Source of the DNA: an archaeon
GTDB taxonomy: Archaea > Nanobdellota > Nanobdellia > Pacearchaeales > GW2011-AR1
Direction of reading: 5' to 3'
Length of the DNA: 51,706 nucleotides
Assembly: GCA_043822125.1 (NCBI GenBank)
Contig: JBDRCB010000010.1
Span: 1-51,706 of the forward strand
Below, in pieces: positions 18,749 through 28,539 of this stretch (positions are counted from its first letter, which is position 1; each line of letters opens with the position of its first letter). The position numbers were made by a program, and so were the translations under genes. The notes below the pieces were generated by a model. It saw only the letters and a program-made list of their open reading frames with translations. It was not told where the DNA came from and ran no database searches.

Positions 18749-19438
18749 TTAATCTTTGATAATCGTGCCTTTAAATTTTTTATTTTTAAGAAGATTGTTT
18801 AGATTGTTCATGTTTTTCCCAAGAATATAAGTTGTAATTTTATTTTTTAAAATCATTTCAGATGCAGACTGGTCCAGAACAAAATGTTGTCCTGGCTTAA
18901 ATTTTATTTTGCCGGCTATTTTATTAAATTCCTTCCATGAGATTGAGGGAATAAACTTAGCATCTTTAAATTTTTTCGGATTTTTGTTGTAAAGTCCGTC
19001 GACATTTGTAAGATTTATGATTTCTGCTTTCAGGTGGGCTGATATTTCTGCTGCAGTTGAATCAGAAGTTTGATTAGGTTTATATTCCAGAGCACCGCAG
19101 AAAACTATATCTCTTTTTTTAATTTGTTTTTCTAGTGATCTCATAGTGTGCGGGACTCCTCCCTTGGAATCTATTCCAAAAAAATAACTCATAAATCTCG
19201 CATTCATTCTCGTCGCTGAAATCCCAGCAAAACTCTGGAGCAGAGCATTTATTTTTGATTTTTCCAGTGCAGAAATATATTTTCTCGCAACACTCCCCCC
19301 ACCACATACTATTACAAATTTGTGACTTTTTGTATTTTTCAGAATTGTTTTTTTGAATTTTTTTAGGAAATTTATATCGATGTCATTTGGTATTATCAAA
19401 CTTCCGCCGAGACTTAACACAATCACTCTTTTTTTCAT
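18749..19438 (-). CDS. pyrH: UMP kinase
   Basis: VLSLGGS, VCGGG..AR.YI, TSDSTAA, NVDGLY.KNPK, PGQHFVLD. Confidence 0.93.
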   Translation of the reverse strand: MKKRVIVLSLGGSLIIPNDIDINFLKKFKKTILKNTKSHKFVIVCGGGSVARKYISALEKSKINALLQSFAGISATRMNARFMSYFFGIDSKGGVPHTMRSLEKQIKKRDIVFCGALEYKPNQTSDSTAAEISAHLKAEIINLTNVDGLYNKNPKKFKDAKFIPSISWKEFNKIAGKIKFKPGQHFVLDQSASEMILKNKITTYILGKNMNNLNNLLKNKKFKGTIIKD

Positions 19439-19472
19439 ATAGTTAAAATGTGAATTAGTTTTTATATCTTTC

Positions 19473-20001
19473 TTATATTCGTCTATAGAATACTAAATAT
19501 TTTTCTCCACCCCTTCCTGAATAACCTTTTTTTATCTGTTTTGTCTTAAATTTTTTTAAAAGTTTTATTGCACCCTCATTAGAAGATTCTATTACAGATA
19601 TCATTCTTTTTATTTCAACACCCTTTTTTTTCATTTCTTTTGTCTGAGATATTATCCCTCTTCTTAAAAGACTTCCCAACCCATTTTTTCTGTGCTCGGG
19701 TATAATAAAAGACTCTGTTTCTACATCTCCTTTTTCTCCTGTATTCATCGACATTGTTCTCCCATAGGTGAGCTTTTGTGAAACCAACTATTTGTTCTGA
19801 ACGAATTCCTACTACTCCCCACATTTTATTTTCTGTTTTCAGCCCATTAATAATTTTTTCTAATTCTCTCTCTAAAATCTCTCTTTGGGAATTTGGTACG
19901 AATCCTTTAAACTCTATTTCCTTGTAAAAATCACGCATAATTGTTTTAAGATATTCTAGATCCGAGGGAGAGATATTTCTTACTAAGTAATTAGATAGCA
20001 T
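19473..20001 (-). pseudogene. GNAT acetyltransferase split by a 1-bp frameshift near 19740
   Basis: N-half (..IVGFTKAHLWENNVDEY) and C-half (GEKGDVETESFIIPEHRKNGLG..SNEGAIKL) lie in different frames. Confidence 0.7.
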
Positions 20002-20055
20002 TAAATTTTTAGAATTATTCCTTTTTAAATTTTATTCTCAAAAAATTTATATATA

Positions 20056-20334
20056 TTAATTTACTGTGAATAACTTATTATCTTTCACATTGAATATTTT
20101 CAGCCGAACCCCTGCATCCAGCCATCCGTGGGCATAATTAATTGCAGCGAAGGAGTTTACAAAATCTCCTTTGTTTCTGAAGTAAACTGAATCTGAAAGA
20201 TAATTTTCAACCATGTTTATTATCTCCTCTGCTTCTTTTTTTTTGTTTTTAATTATTTTTTTCTTTGCTTCTTTTAATGCAGTTGATGTCAGCCCCAAAT
20301 ATTTTTCAATTTTTTGTTTGGTTATTTTATCCAT
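20056..20334 (-). CDS. DUF357-family protein
   Basis: YLSDS.YF..KGD.VNSFAAINYAHGWLDAG. Confidence 0.85.
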   Translation of the reverse strand: MDKITKQKIEKYLGLTSTALKEAKKKIIKNKKKEAEEIINMVENYLSDSVYFRNKGDFVNSFAAINYAHGWLDAGVRLKIFNVKDNKLFTVN

Positions 20335-20384
20335 TTATCTAATAAGATGGTTAAGTTTAAAAAGATAATTTTCTTGCTGTAATC

Positions 20385-20642
20385 ATGGTTAAAGACAGAA
20401 AAAGATTAACTATTATATTGTTGACAGCTGTGATTGTCCTTTTACTTATAATTCTTGTTTATCTGGTTATTGTAAAACCTTATTTTAAGAATTATGTCTT
20501 GAATCTTCAAATGGAATCTTATAATGCAGGCATTGAAGATTTTGTTTCTGCTATGATGGATTATTCTGAAAAATGCCAACAAATCCCTCTTTTTTATTAT
20601 AACAAAACAGTTAATCTTATCTCAATTGACTGCCTTGGTTAA
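20385..20642 (+). CDS. Small membrane-anchored protein
   Basis: N-terminal TM helix and two Cys. Confidence 0.65.
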   Translation: MVKDRKRLTIILLTAVIVLLLIILVYLVIVKPYFKNYVLNLQMESYNAGIEDFVSAMMDYSEKCQQIPLFYYNKTVNLISIDCLG

Positions 20643-21282
20643 TTCGCAATGGATTATATCTCATTTTTCTTATGATGAATCTTGATGTTACTAAGCTTGA
20701 AATTACTGCGATAAATATTAATTTCCCGACAGCGACGCGATAAACCCCCTCATGAGTTGGTATTCTTGACAGTCTTGAAAATTCATAAATTACTTCATTT
20801 ATTTCTTCTTCTGATAAAGTGATATTTGTGTTTTTTATACCCATTGAACCACTGACTATTATCGGAATGTTAGGGCCGTTACATTCTATTGAAAAGACCA
20901 TTGGATCTTTTAGCAGGGGAATTAACTTATCAAATTCAATCTCCACCTCTGCTCCTGGAACTGGTTTAAGATACATAAGTCTTTGAGGTAGCATCGGTTC
21001 TGGAACTCTCAATACTGGCTGGGAAATTCTTCTGGGCGGAGAAATTCTTTTTCTTAGTAATAGTGGTTTTTTTAAATTTGAAGCTATTGATTTTTTGAAC
21101 TGCTCTTCTTCTTGTTTTTCTTTTTGAACTTCTTTTTTTATTTTTTCTTTCTGCTCTTTGCTTTCATCTCTTATTATTTTTTCAAGTTTAAAAATATCAC
21201 CCGGCGAAGAGTTTTTAATAAGCTCTTTTGTGAACCGAAGCAGAAAAAATTTTCTGAACTCAACAGAAGTTTGTTTTAGCAT
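20617..21282 (-). CDS. Hypothetical protein with a secretion-ATPase (VirB11/ArlI/TadA) N-domain-like region and no P-loop
   Basis: KLIPLLKDPMVFSIECNGPNIPIIV. Confidence 0.55.
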   Translation of the reverse strand: MLKQTSVEFRKFFLLRFTKELIKNSSPGDIFKLEKIIRDESKEQKEKIKKEVQKEKQEEEQFKKSIASNLKKPLLLRKRISPPRRISQPVLRVPEPMLPQRLMYLKPVPGAEVEIEFDKLIPLLKDPMVFSIECNGPNIPIIVSGSMGIKNTNITLSEEEINEVIYEFSRLSRIPTHEGVYRVAVGKLIFIAVISSLVTSRFIIRKMRYNPLRINQGSQLR

Positions 21283-21283
21283 T

Positions 21284-21829
21284 TTACATTTTTGGGAGCT
21301 GTTTGAATCTTGGAGGAGCAGTTTCATCTGACTTTTGAGATGCTATTGATTTTTGATATCCTTGAATCCCCTGCTGTGGAGGTATTTGTTGCATTGGAGG
21401 TCTTTGCTGTAATTGCGGTTGCCCTGAGAGATTTTCATGCATAAGAGTCATACCTTTTGCAATTATTTTATTCTGGTCAAGAAGATTATCTATTTTTTCA
21501 ATTATTTTTTTATTGTCTTTGTTTTCCTTCTCAAAGTTGTAATCCTTTTCTACAAGAGCTTTTGCAGAAATTTCAAATAATTCAAGAAGAGTTGAAATCT
21601 GCTTCGTGAGGCTGTCTACTTTTAGAGAAAGATTTACAAGAACTTTCTGCAGTGAAACAAAATTTTCAAAAAGAGTCTTTTCAATAACTATTTCTTTAGC
21701 ATTATTTTTTATTTTTAATTCTTTATTCCTCTCTGTTTTTTTTCTGCCCTTTTTAGAAGATGTTTTTTTTCTATTTTTTACTAGCTTTTCAGGAGATTTA
21801 ATCTTTGTTTTTCCCTCTTTTTTAGCCAT
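21284..21829 (-). CDS. Hypothetical coiled-coil protein
   Basis: ENFVSLQKVLVNLSLK...LLDQNKIIAKG; Q/P-rich tail. Confidence 0.65.
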   Translation of the reverse strand: MAKKEGKTKIKSPEKLVKNRKKTSSKKGRKKTERNKELKIKNNAKEIVIEKTLFENFVSLQKVLVNLSLKVDSLTKQISTLLELFEISAKALVEKDYNFEKENKDNKKIIEKIDNLLDQNKIIAKGMTLMHENLSGQPQLQQRPPMQQIPPQQGIQGYQKSIASQKSDETAPPRFKQLPKM

Positions 21830-21863
21830 ATTTTAATTAAGAGAATTATGTTTATAAAACTTT

Positions 21864-24431
21864 TTAGAAAATGTCAAGAGCTTCCCCTTTCTTATTTTTT
21901 TGTTTTCCTGAAACCTCTTCTTCAAATTCTGATTCTTCATTAGAGTTTTCTTTTAGATTTTTTTTGAGATATTCCTGTTTTTCCTTCTCAATTGCTTTAA
22001 TATCTTCTTCTAAATGCGGGTTTTCGTGATTTGCAAATTCCTCTAATTTTTCTGAGGTTAATCTTTCTGCTCCTGGTATTTTCGGAAATTCTTCTTTTTC
22101 TGAATGGGTTTCTTTTTTTAAATCGTATCTTCTCGGCTCTTTGTCTGTTCCTTTTATAGATTCCTGCTCTATTTCTGCTACATAGTCAGAAATTTCTTTT
22201 GCTGCATCTGCATTTACACTTATGCTGTCAATTTCTTTTTCGATGAGAAATTTAACCATTTCTTTTTCACTTCCTGCCTGTCCACAGATACTTGTTTCCA
22301 CATTATTTCTCTTGCAGACTCTTATTACATATTCTATTTGATGCAAAACTGCAGGATGCATTTCATTGTAAAGATGCTGAACCTGTTCGTTTCCCCTGTC
22401 AACAGCGAGGATGTATTGAGTCAGGTCATTTGTTCCAAAAGAGATAAAATCTATTTTCTCCTCGCATAATTCTCTTATCATCTGGACTGAAGCAGGTGTT
22501 TCTATCATAACTCCTAATTTTACATTTGAGAAGTTTATTTCTTTAAGTATTTTTTTTATCTTTTTGACTTCCTCAACAGAAATTATCTGCGGTGCGAGTA
22601 TTCCTATTTTAACTCCATCTTCTGAAACTCTTTTGAGGGCATTTAACTCTGCTTTTAATATTTCAGGGTGTTTGATTCCGTATCTTATTCCGTGCATGCC
22701 GAGCATAGGATTTGGTTCAATTTCTTCAGGTGCTTCCTCTAAATTCTGAAACTCATCGCTTCTTATATCAGAAGTTCTCACCCATATTTCCTCAAAATAT
22801 TCTGCAATTCCTTTTACACCTCTGAAAATTATGTCTTCATAGTCTTTGATTTTATTTTTTTTCAGAAAATACTGCGGGTGCTTTCCTGATTCTGCAATTA
22901 TCCCTTCAATTCTTGTTAAACCTGTTTGCTTTATTCCTGTTTTTGCTGCTCGTTTTGCATAAGTCGGCAAATCAACAATTATTTTTATTTTGGTTTTTGT
23001 CTTTGCTGTTACAGGCAGAATTTCTTTCTGGATATCTTCTGAAACTTTCCCTTTGTAAATCTTTCCTGAAAATCCGTCGACAGTTATTACTTCTCCTTCT
23101 TTTAATCTTTCTGTTGCATATTCTGTTCCCACTATGCACGGAATCCCCATTTCTCTTGAAACAATTGCTGCATGGGCCGTCAGTCCGCCTTCGTCTGTAA
23201 CTATTGCCGCTGATTTTTGCATAGTTACAACCATGTCTGGATTTGTCATCTTTGTGACTAAAATATTGCCCTGCTTCACTTTGTCTAAATCTTTCATTTC
23301 GTTCACTATTTTTATTTTTCCCGATGCTATCCCAGGTGATGCAGGAATTCCTGTCAGAATCGCCTCGCCTTTTATTTCAATTTTGCTTTCTTCTATTCTT
23401 TTCTCAATAGTTGTTACAGGCCTTGTCTGGACAATGTAAATATTCTCTCCTTCTATCGCAAATTCAATATCCTGGGGCTTTTTATAATGCTCCTCTAATT
23501 TTAATGCTATTTCAGTGAGTTTTTTAATTTCATAATCTGTTAAAACCTGATGTTTTGATTTCTCTTCCCTCAACTTGACAATTTTATTTTTTCCTTCAGA
23601 ATTTCTTGTTATTGCTATTTTTTTATTAGAAATTTTTTTATCAATTATCTTCAAATCAGATGATAAAATATATTTGTCAGGTGTGATTTTTCCTGAAACA
23701 ATTCCTTCTCCAAGCCCCCAGACAGCTTCGATAATTGTGTTTTCATTTTTATATGAAGGGTCTTTTGAGAAGATAACTCCTGATTTGTCTGAATCCACCA
23801 TTTTCTGAACTACAACCGCTAAACTAGTCTCCTCGTGCTTGAATCCTTTTTTGTTTCTGTAATATGTTGCCCTTGATGTGAACAGCGACGCAAAGCATTT
23901 TTTTATGTGCTCCAGCAATTCTTTATCTCCTTTGATATTTACAAATGAATCCTGCTGTCCTGCGAAGCTTGCGTCTTCTAAATCTTCTGCAGTAGCAGAG
24001 CTCCTGACAGCGACGAAAATAGGTTCAGCTGAGTTTTTTAAAATATCAAGTGCAGAGCCTTTTGCTAAATCCATATTGACTGCTCCGAGGTGCTCGTAAG
24101 ATTCTAAAATTTCTTCTTCTATTTCTTTAGGCAATTTTGAATTGAGAATAAGTTCTCTTATTTGTATTACAACTTCATCTAAATTTTTAGTGTCTTCATA
24201 TTTTATTGTTTCTAAAAGGGATTTTATTTTTTGCTTTATTCCTGCTTTTTCTATAAAATAATCATAAGCTTGAGCAGTTACAACAAATCCAGGCGGGACA
24301 GGAATTTTTAAGTTGTAAATTTCAGCGAGGTTTGCACCTTTTCCTCCTGCAATTTTTCCAGAATCTTTATTTAATTCCTGAAACCATTTTACAAAGTCTG
24401 GTTTTTCTTTATCACTCTTTTTTTCCTGCAT
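21864..24431 (-). CDS. ppsA: Phosphoenolpyruvate synthase
   Basis: GGKGANL, AVRSSATAEDL..ASFAGQQ, QTRPVT, GGLTAHAAIVSRE, GTNDLTQ, ICGQ. Confidence 0.95.
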   Translation of the reverse strand: MQEKKSDKEKPDFVKWFQELNKDSGKIAGGKGANLAEIYNLKIPVPPGFVVTAQAYDYFIEKAGIKQKIKSLLETIKYEDTKNLDEVVIQIRELILNSKLPKEIEEEILESYEHLGAVNMDLAKGSALDILKNSAEPIFVAVRSSATAEDLEDASFAGQQDSFVNIKGDKELLEHIKKCFASLFTSRATYYRNKKGFKHEETSLAVVVQKMVDSDKSGVIFSKDPSYKNENTIIEAVWGLGEGIVSGKITPDKYILSSDLKIIDKKISNKKIAITRNSEGKNKIVKLREEKSKHQVLTDYEIKKLTEIALKLEEHYKKPQDIEFAIEGENIYIVQTRPVTTIEKRIEESKIEIKGEAILTGIPASPGIASGKIKIVNEMKDLDKVKQGNILVTKMTNPDMVVTMQKSAAIVTDEGGLTAHAAIVSREMGIPCIVGTEYATERLKEGEVITVDGFSGKIYKGKVSEDIQKEILPVTAKTKTKIKIIVDLPTYAKRAAKTGIKQTGLTRIEGIIAESGKHPQYFLKKNKIKDYEDIIFRGVKGIAEYFEEIWVRTSDIRSDEFQNLEEAPEEIEPNPMLGMHGIRYGIKHPEILKAELNALKRVSEDGVKIGILAPQIISVEEVKKIKKILKEINFSNVKLGVMIETPASVQMIRELCEEKIDFISFGTNDLTQYILAVDRGNEQVQHLYNEMHPAVLHQIEYVIRVCKRNNVETSICGQAGSEKEMVKFLIEKEIDSISVNADAAKEISDYVAEIEQESIKGTDKEPRRYDLKKETHSEKEEFPKIPGAERLTSEKLEEFANHENPHLEEDIKAIEKEKQEYLKKNLKENSNEESEFEEEVSGKQKNKKGEALDIF

Positions 24432-24504
24432 GAAAAATAAAATCTTAGAAACTTAATAAAGGTTTTTGTTGGAAAATAAAATAGAGAATAGAGTTTTTAA
24501 ATTT

Positions 24505-25101
24505 TTAATAAGATGTTGTATAAGAACAAGTCGTATCCACAATTAATCCTCCAACAACTTTTAGATTACAACTCCCAACATAAATAGTTGCCTTTTTAAC
24601 AACTTCTCCAGATTCTAATCCACAATACTCACTTCCAATAGCACTTTCTGCGCAATAGTATTCTGCTTTTACTCCACCACCAACATCAAGTTTTAAATCT
24701 CTATTAGTACTAGGGATTTTACCAATTCCCACATTACCAATACTAGTTATCACTAATCTTTCTACTCCAGCAGTGCTGTCTCTTATTGCAAAGCGAGGTG
24801 TTGAGCTGGTAATGCTGATTAAATCCCAAATACGTGTATTTGAATTTAAAGTATAACCAATTAAATCTCCTCCTGAAAGTGCCTGAACTCTTCCTGCACC
24901 ATAACTACCACTAGCAGAAGATAATTTAATATTTCCACTAACACCCCCACTTAAATCCACTTCTCCAGCACTGTGCCCGAATGTCGACGGAGAAGAAGTT
25001 TGCCAGGCATAAACCCCGACACCAGCAAGAATTATTATTGTTATTGCAATTAAGGTATAACTTAATCTGTTAGAAATTTTATTTTTACATCCTCTTTTCA
25101 T
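24505..25101 (-). CDS. Membrane-anchored surface/fibre-like protein
   Basis: N-terminal TM helix, GHSAGEV, Gly/Ser-rich, GNVGIG..KLDVGG motif. Confidence 0.55.
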   Translation of the reverse strand: MKRGCKNKISNRLSYTLIAITIIILAGVGVYAWQTSSPSTFGHSAGEVDLSGGVSGNIKLSSASGSYGAGRVQALSGGDLIGYTLNSNTRIWDLISITSSTPRFAIRDSTAGVERLVITSIGNVGIGKIPSTNRDLKLDVGGGVKAEYYCAESAIGSEYCGLESGEVVKKATIYVGSCNLKVVGGLIVDTTCSYTTSY

Positions 25102-25138
25102 GATTAAGATAACTTTCTTTGATTTAAATATTTTTGTG

Positions 25139-25309
25139 TTATTCACTTATTGCTTCAACAGGGCAGGAGTTTATTGCTTCTTTCACGCAGGGAATTTTTT
25201 CCTGAGATTTTACATATGCCTTGTAGCTTTCATCTATTTCAAAAACCTCGTCGCAGATTGAAACACAAAGCCCGCACCCAATGCAAGTGTCTTTATTTAT
25301 TTTAACCAT
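25139..25309 (-). CDS. Ferredoxin, single 4Fe-4S cluster type (56 aa; absent from ORF track)
   Basis: Hand-translated: MVKINKDTCIGCGLCVSICDEVFEIDESYKAYVKSQEKIPCVKEAINSCPVEAISE. Confidence 0.93.
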   Translation of the reverse strand: MVKINKDTCIGCGLCVSICDEVFEIDESYKAYVKSQEKIPCVKEAINSCPVEAISE

Positions 25310-25358
25310 TGCAAAAAAAATCAGTTAAGTTTATAAATTTAATTTTTCTAATTGAATT

Positions 25359-25913
25359 ATGGTATTCACATGGATAATTATTGGGGTTGCAGTATTTATT
25401 GGACTGCTGTTTTTTATTTACTATAATAGATTTAATATTTTTGAAAACAGAATTGATAATTCTCTTTCGCAGATTGATGTTCAGCTGAAAAGACGTGCTG
25501 ATTTGATTCCTAATTTAATTGAAACAGTTAAAGGGTATGTGAAGCACGAGAAATCAGCGATAAAAGCAGTTACTGAAGCGCGCAAGGCACTTGTCTCTGC
25601 AAAAGATGTTGTCGGAAAAGTAAAAGCAAATGATCAGTTGCAGTCTGCTCTCAAAACAATTTTTGCAATTGCAGAAGGTTATCCTGATTTGAAAGCGAAT
25701 ACAAACTTCCTTGAATTACAAAAAGAACTTTCATCAACAGAGGATAGAGTTGCTTATGCAAGGCAGTATTACAATGACAGTATTTTGACGTATAATAATT
25801 TGTGCAAAACATTCCCAGGAAAATTCTTCTCAGGAATTTATGGAAGAAAATCCAGAGAATATTTGAAGATAGCAGAGGCTGAAAAAAAGAATGTGAAAGT
25901 TAGTTTTGGCTGA
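25359..25913 (+). CDS. lemA: LemA family protein
   Basis: IDVQLKRRADLIPNL, EGYPDLKANTNF, RQYYND. Confidence 0.95.
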   Translation: MVFTWIIIGVAVFIGLLFFIYYNRFNIFENRIDNSLSQIDVQLKRRADLIPNLIETVKGYVKHEKSAIKAVTEARKALVSAKDVVGKVKANDQLQSALKTIFAIAEGYPDLKANTNFLELQKELSSTEDRVAYARQYYNDSILTYNNLCKTFPGKFFSGIYGRKSREYLKIAEAEKKNVKVSFG

Positions 25914-25956
25914 TTTTGAAAGATAAACTTAAAAATAAAAAATTCTTATTGCAACT

Positions 25957-26835
25957 ATGACACAAAGAATTGATTTTCGCGACCAGATTTCAAGGAATAA
26001 GTTGAAGTCGTTTTTTTTAATGGCTGTTATCTTTGCTGTGTTTGTTGTTTTAGGTTATGTGGTTTCTCAGATATACGGAGATGGCGGGCTTTTTTTTATA
26101 ATTATGATTGTTTTTATAATTTTTTCAATAAGTTATATTTTGCTGAGCTATTATAAATCAGATAAAATTGCACTGGCGAGTGTGCGGGCGAAGAAAGCGT
26201 CGAGAGTTCAGCACAAGCAGTTTTATGATTTAGTCGAGGGGCTTACAATAGCGTCGGGAATGCCTATGCCTGGGCTTTATGTTATGGATTCTTTCCAGAT
26301 AAATGCTTTTGCTTCTGGAAGAGACCCTAAACATGCTGTTATCTGCGTTACAACAGGTGCATTGGAAAAATTAGACAAGAGAGAGTTGGAAGGTGTTTTG
26401 GCTCATGAGTTAAGCCATATTGCAAATTATGATGTTAGATATATGACTCTCACTGCAGTGATGGTTGGTATGATTGCAATAATTTCAGAAATTTTTCTGA
26501 GGAGTTTGTGGTTTGGAAGCGGAAGAGACAATAAAAATACTATTTTTATTTTAATAGGAATACTTCTTGCGATTTTAGCTCCAATAGCAGTTAAACTTGT
26601 TCAGCTTGCGATTTCAAGAAAAAGAGAATTTGCCTCTGACGCGTCTGCTGTTCTTTTTACAAGAAATCCGAGGGGGTTGATAAGTGCTCTTAAAAAAATA
26701 AAATCTGATTCTGTCCAGCAGGAGAAAAAAGTTAGCAAGGCAGTTGCACCTTTGTTTTTTGCAAATCCTCTGAAAGGCATAACTTCGACACATCCACCGA
26801 TTGAGAAGAGAATTGAAATTCTTGAAAAAATGTAA
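25957..26835 (+). CDS. htpX: HtpX-like M48 membrane zinc protease
   Basis: NAFASGR, AHELSH, SRKREF.SD, STHPP...RI. Confidence 0.93.
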   Translation: MTQRIDFRDQISRNKLKSFFLMAVIFAVFVVLGYVVSQIYGDGGLFFIIMIVFIIFSISYILLSYYKSDKIALASVRAKKASRVQHKQFYDLVEGLTIASGMPMPGLYVMDSFQINAFASGRDPKHAVICVTTGALEKLDKRELEGVLAHELSHIANYDVRYMTLTAVMVGMIAIISEIFLRSLWFGSGRDNKNTIFILIGILLAILAPIAVKLVQLAISRKREFASDASAVLFTRNPRGLISALKKIKSDSVQQEKKVSKAVAPLFFANPLKGITSTHPPIEKRIEILEKM

Positions 26836-26867
26836 TAATTTAAAAACTATTTTTTCTTATCTTGAAA

Positions 26868-27671
26868 ATGGGGCTGATAAAAAAAGGGATGCTTGTGATT
26901 GTGAGTGTTATTTTTTTGGTTTCTATGCTGATTTTAAATTCTTTTTTCACTGTTTATTCTTCTCTTGATTATAATACAGTCAGCGAAGAGCTGGAAGAGG
27001 TTGTTACAGAGATGGCTGAAAAAGATGCTGAGATTATGGGGATGATTAATCTTCAAATGCCGATGATGATTTCCCACTGCGAGAATAATTCAGAATATAT
27101 TTTTTTCAATAGTCTTACAGGAGAAGAGATAGAGATTTCCTGCAGTTCTGTAAATGAAAGTGCTGACGCTGTTTTCGAGGAGATTATTAATAAAACTATT
27201 GAGCAGATTTATTACGAAGATTACTCCTGCAGTGGATTGGGATGTGTTGCTGAGGAAAAGAATCCTTTTGTTTTGCTCTCAGAAAATTTTAGAAATTATT
27301 GCTTTGAGAAATTTTACATTTTGCTGTTTGTTTCTGTTTTTTTATTTGCACTTATAGTTTTTCTTACTGATAATAAATCAAACGCATTTATTCTTGGAGG
27401 AGTGCTGATAATTATCTCGTCTTTGCCCATGATGAAACTTGAAGGTGTTTTGAATTTTTTTGCAGGCAAATTTATCATAGATGTTTTTTCAATTTTTTTC
27501 AGCCAATCTGGAGCTGTTTTTTGGAAAGTTTTAATTATTGGAATTATAACCTTGTCTGCTGGAGTTTTTATGAAACTTTTTGGGGTTGGATTTAAGATTG
27601 CGAATTTTTTTGAAAAATTCAAGAAAGATAAGAAAATTATTGTTCAGAAGCAACCTTCTGTGACAAAATAA
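26868..27671 (+). CDS. Membrane protein
   Basis: Several TM helices and a Cys-containing loop. Confidence 0.7.
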   Translation: MGLIKKGMLVIVSVIFLVSMLILNSFFTVYSSLDYNTVSEELEEVVTEMAEKDAEIMGMINLQMPMMISHCENNSEYIFFNSLTGEEIEISCSSVNESADAVFEEIINKTIEQIYYEDYSCSGLGCVAEEKNPFVLLSENFRNYCFEKFYILLFVSVFLFALIVFLTDNKSNAFILGGVLIIISSLPMMKLEGVLNFFAGKFIIDVFSIFFSQSGAVFWKVLIIGIITLSAGVFMKLFGVGFKIANFFEKFKKDKKIIVQKQPSVTK

Positions 27672-27700
27672 TTTTTATAGTTGTTTATTTTTGATTTTTT

Positions 27701-28531
27701 ATGAAAAAGTGCATTGTTTTATTTTCAGGAGGGCTTGACAGCAGACTTGCAGTGAAAATTATGCAGGAGAGGGGATTTGAGGTTTTTGCTGTTTATTTTA
27801 AACTGCCTTTTTCTAAAAACAGCGAGAGTGAAGTTGAGAATTTTTCTAAAAAACAAAAAATTAAATTTGATGTTTTTGACTGCACTAAGGGGAAGTTATT
27901 AAAAGAATATTTGGAGGTTTTGAAAAAAACGAAATACGGACGAGGTGCTGGGTTTAATCCGTGCGTTGACTGCAAAATTTTTATGTTTAGAAAGGCAGGT
28001 GAATTTGCGAAAAAGAAAGAAATAATTTTTCTCGCGACAGGAGAAGTTGAAGGGCAGAGGCCAATGTCACAAACAGCGAGGGCAATGAAAATTATTAATA
28101 GAGAAACTGGGGTTCAGCTCATTCGTCCGCTGACTGAGATTGGAATTTCAGGAAGGAGCAGAAAGAAGCAGATTGAACTTGCTGAGAAATTTAAAATAAA
28201 TTATCCCTCTCCTGCAGGGGGCTGTCTGCTATGCGAGAAAGAATTAAAAAAAAGATTTGAGATTTTAGTTGGAAAGAATTTAATTAATGAAAAAACTCTT
28301 CCCTTAGTTAATATTGGAAGGCATTTCTTCATCAAAAATTGCTGGTTTGTCGTCGGAAGAAATGAAGAAGAAAATGAAGTAATTGAAGAATCTAAAGGAA
28401 ATTTTATTGAAAGTGAAAAAGGAAAACCTGCTGTTTATTATTCTAAAAAAAACAGAAAAAGTTTTGCAGAAGAACTTCAGAAGGATTATATGAAAGGAGG
28501 GTGTAGGGAATTTAAGAGTGAGAGATTGTAA
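27701..28531 (+). CDS. ThiI/MnmA-like PP-loop tRNA sulfurtransferase
   Basis: LFSGGLDS, NPCVDCK, GEVEGQRPMSQ, PAGGCLLC. Confidence 0.85.
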   Translation: MKKCIVLFSGGLDSRLAVKIMQERGFEVFAVYFKLPFSKNSESEVENFSKKQKIKFDVFDCTKGKLLKEYLEVLKKTKYGRGAGFNPCVDCKIFMFRKAGEFAKKKEIIFLATGEVEGQRPMSQTARAMKIINRETGVQLIRPLTEIGISGRSRKKQIELAEKFKINYPSPAGGCLLCEKELKKRFEILVGKNLINEKTLPLVNIGRHFFIKNCWFVVGRNEEENEVIEESKGNFIESEKGKPAVYYSKKNRKSFAEELQKDYMKGGCREFKSERL

Positions 28532-28539
28532 TCTAATTT

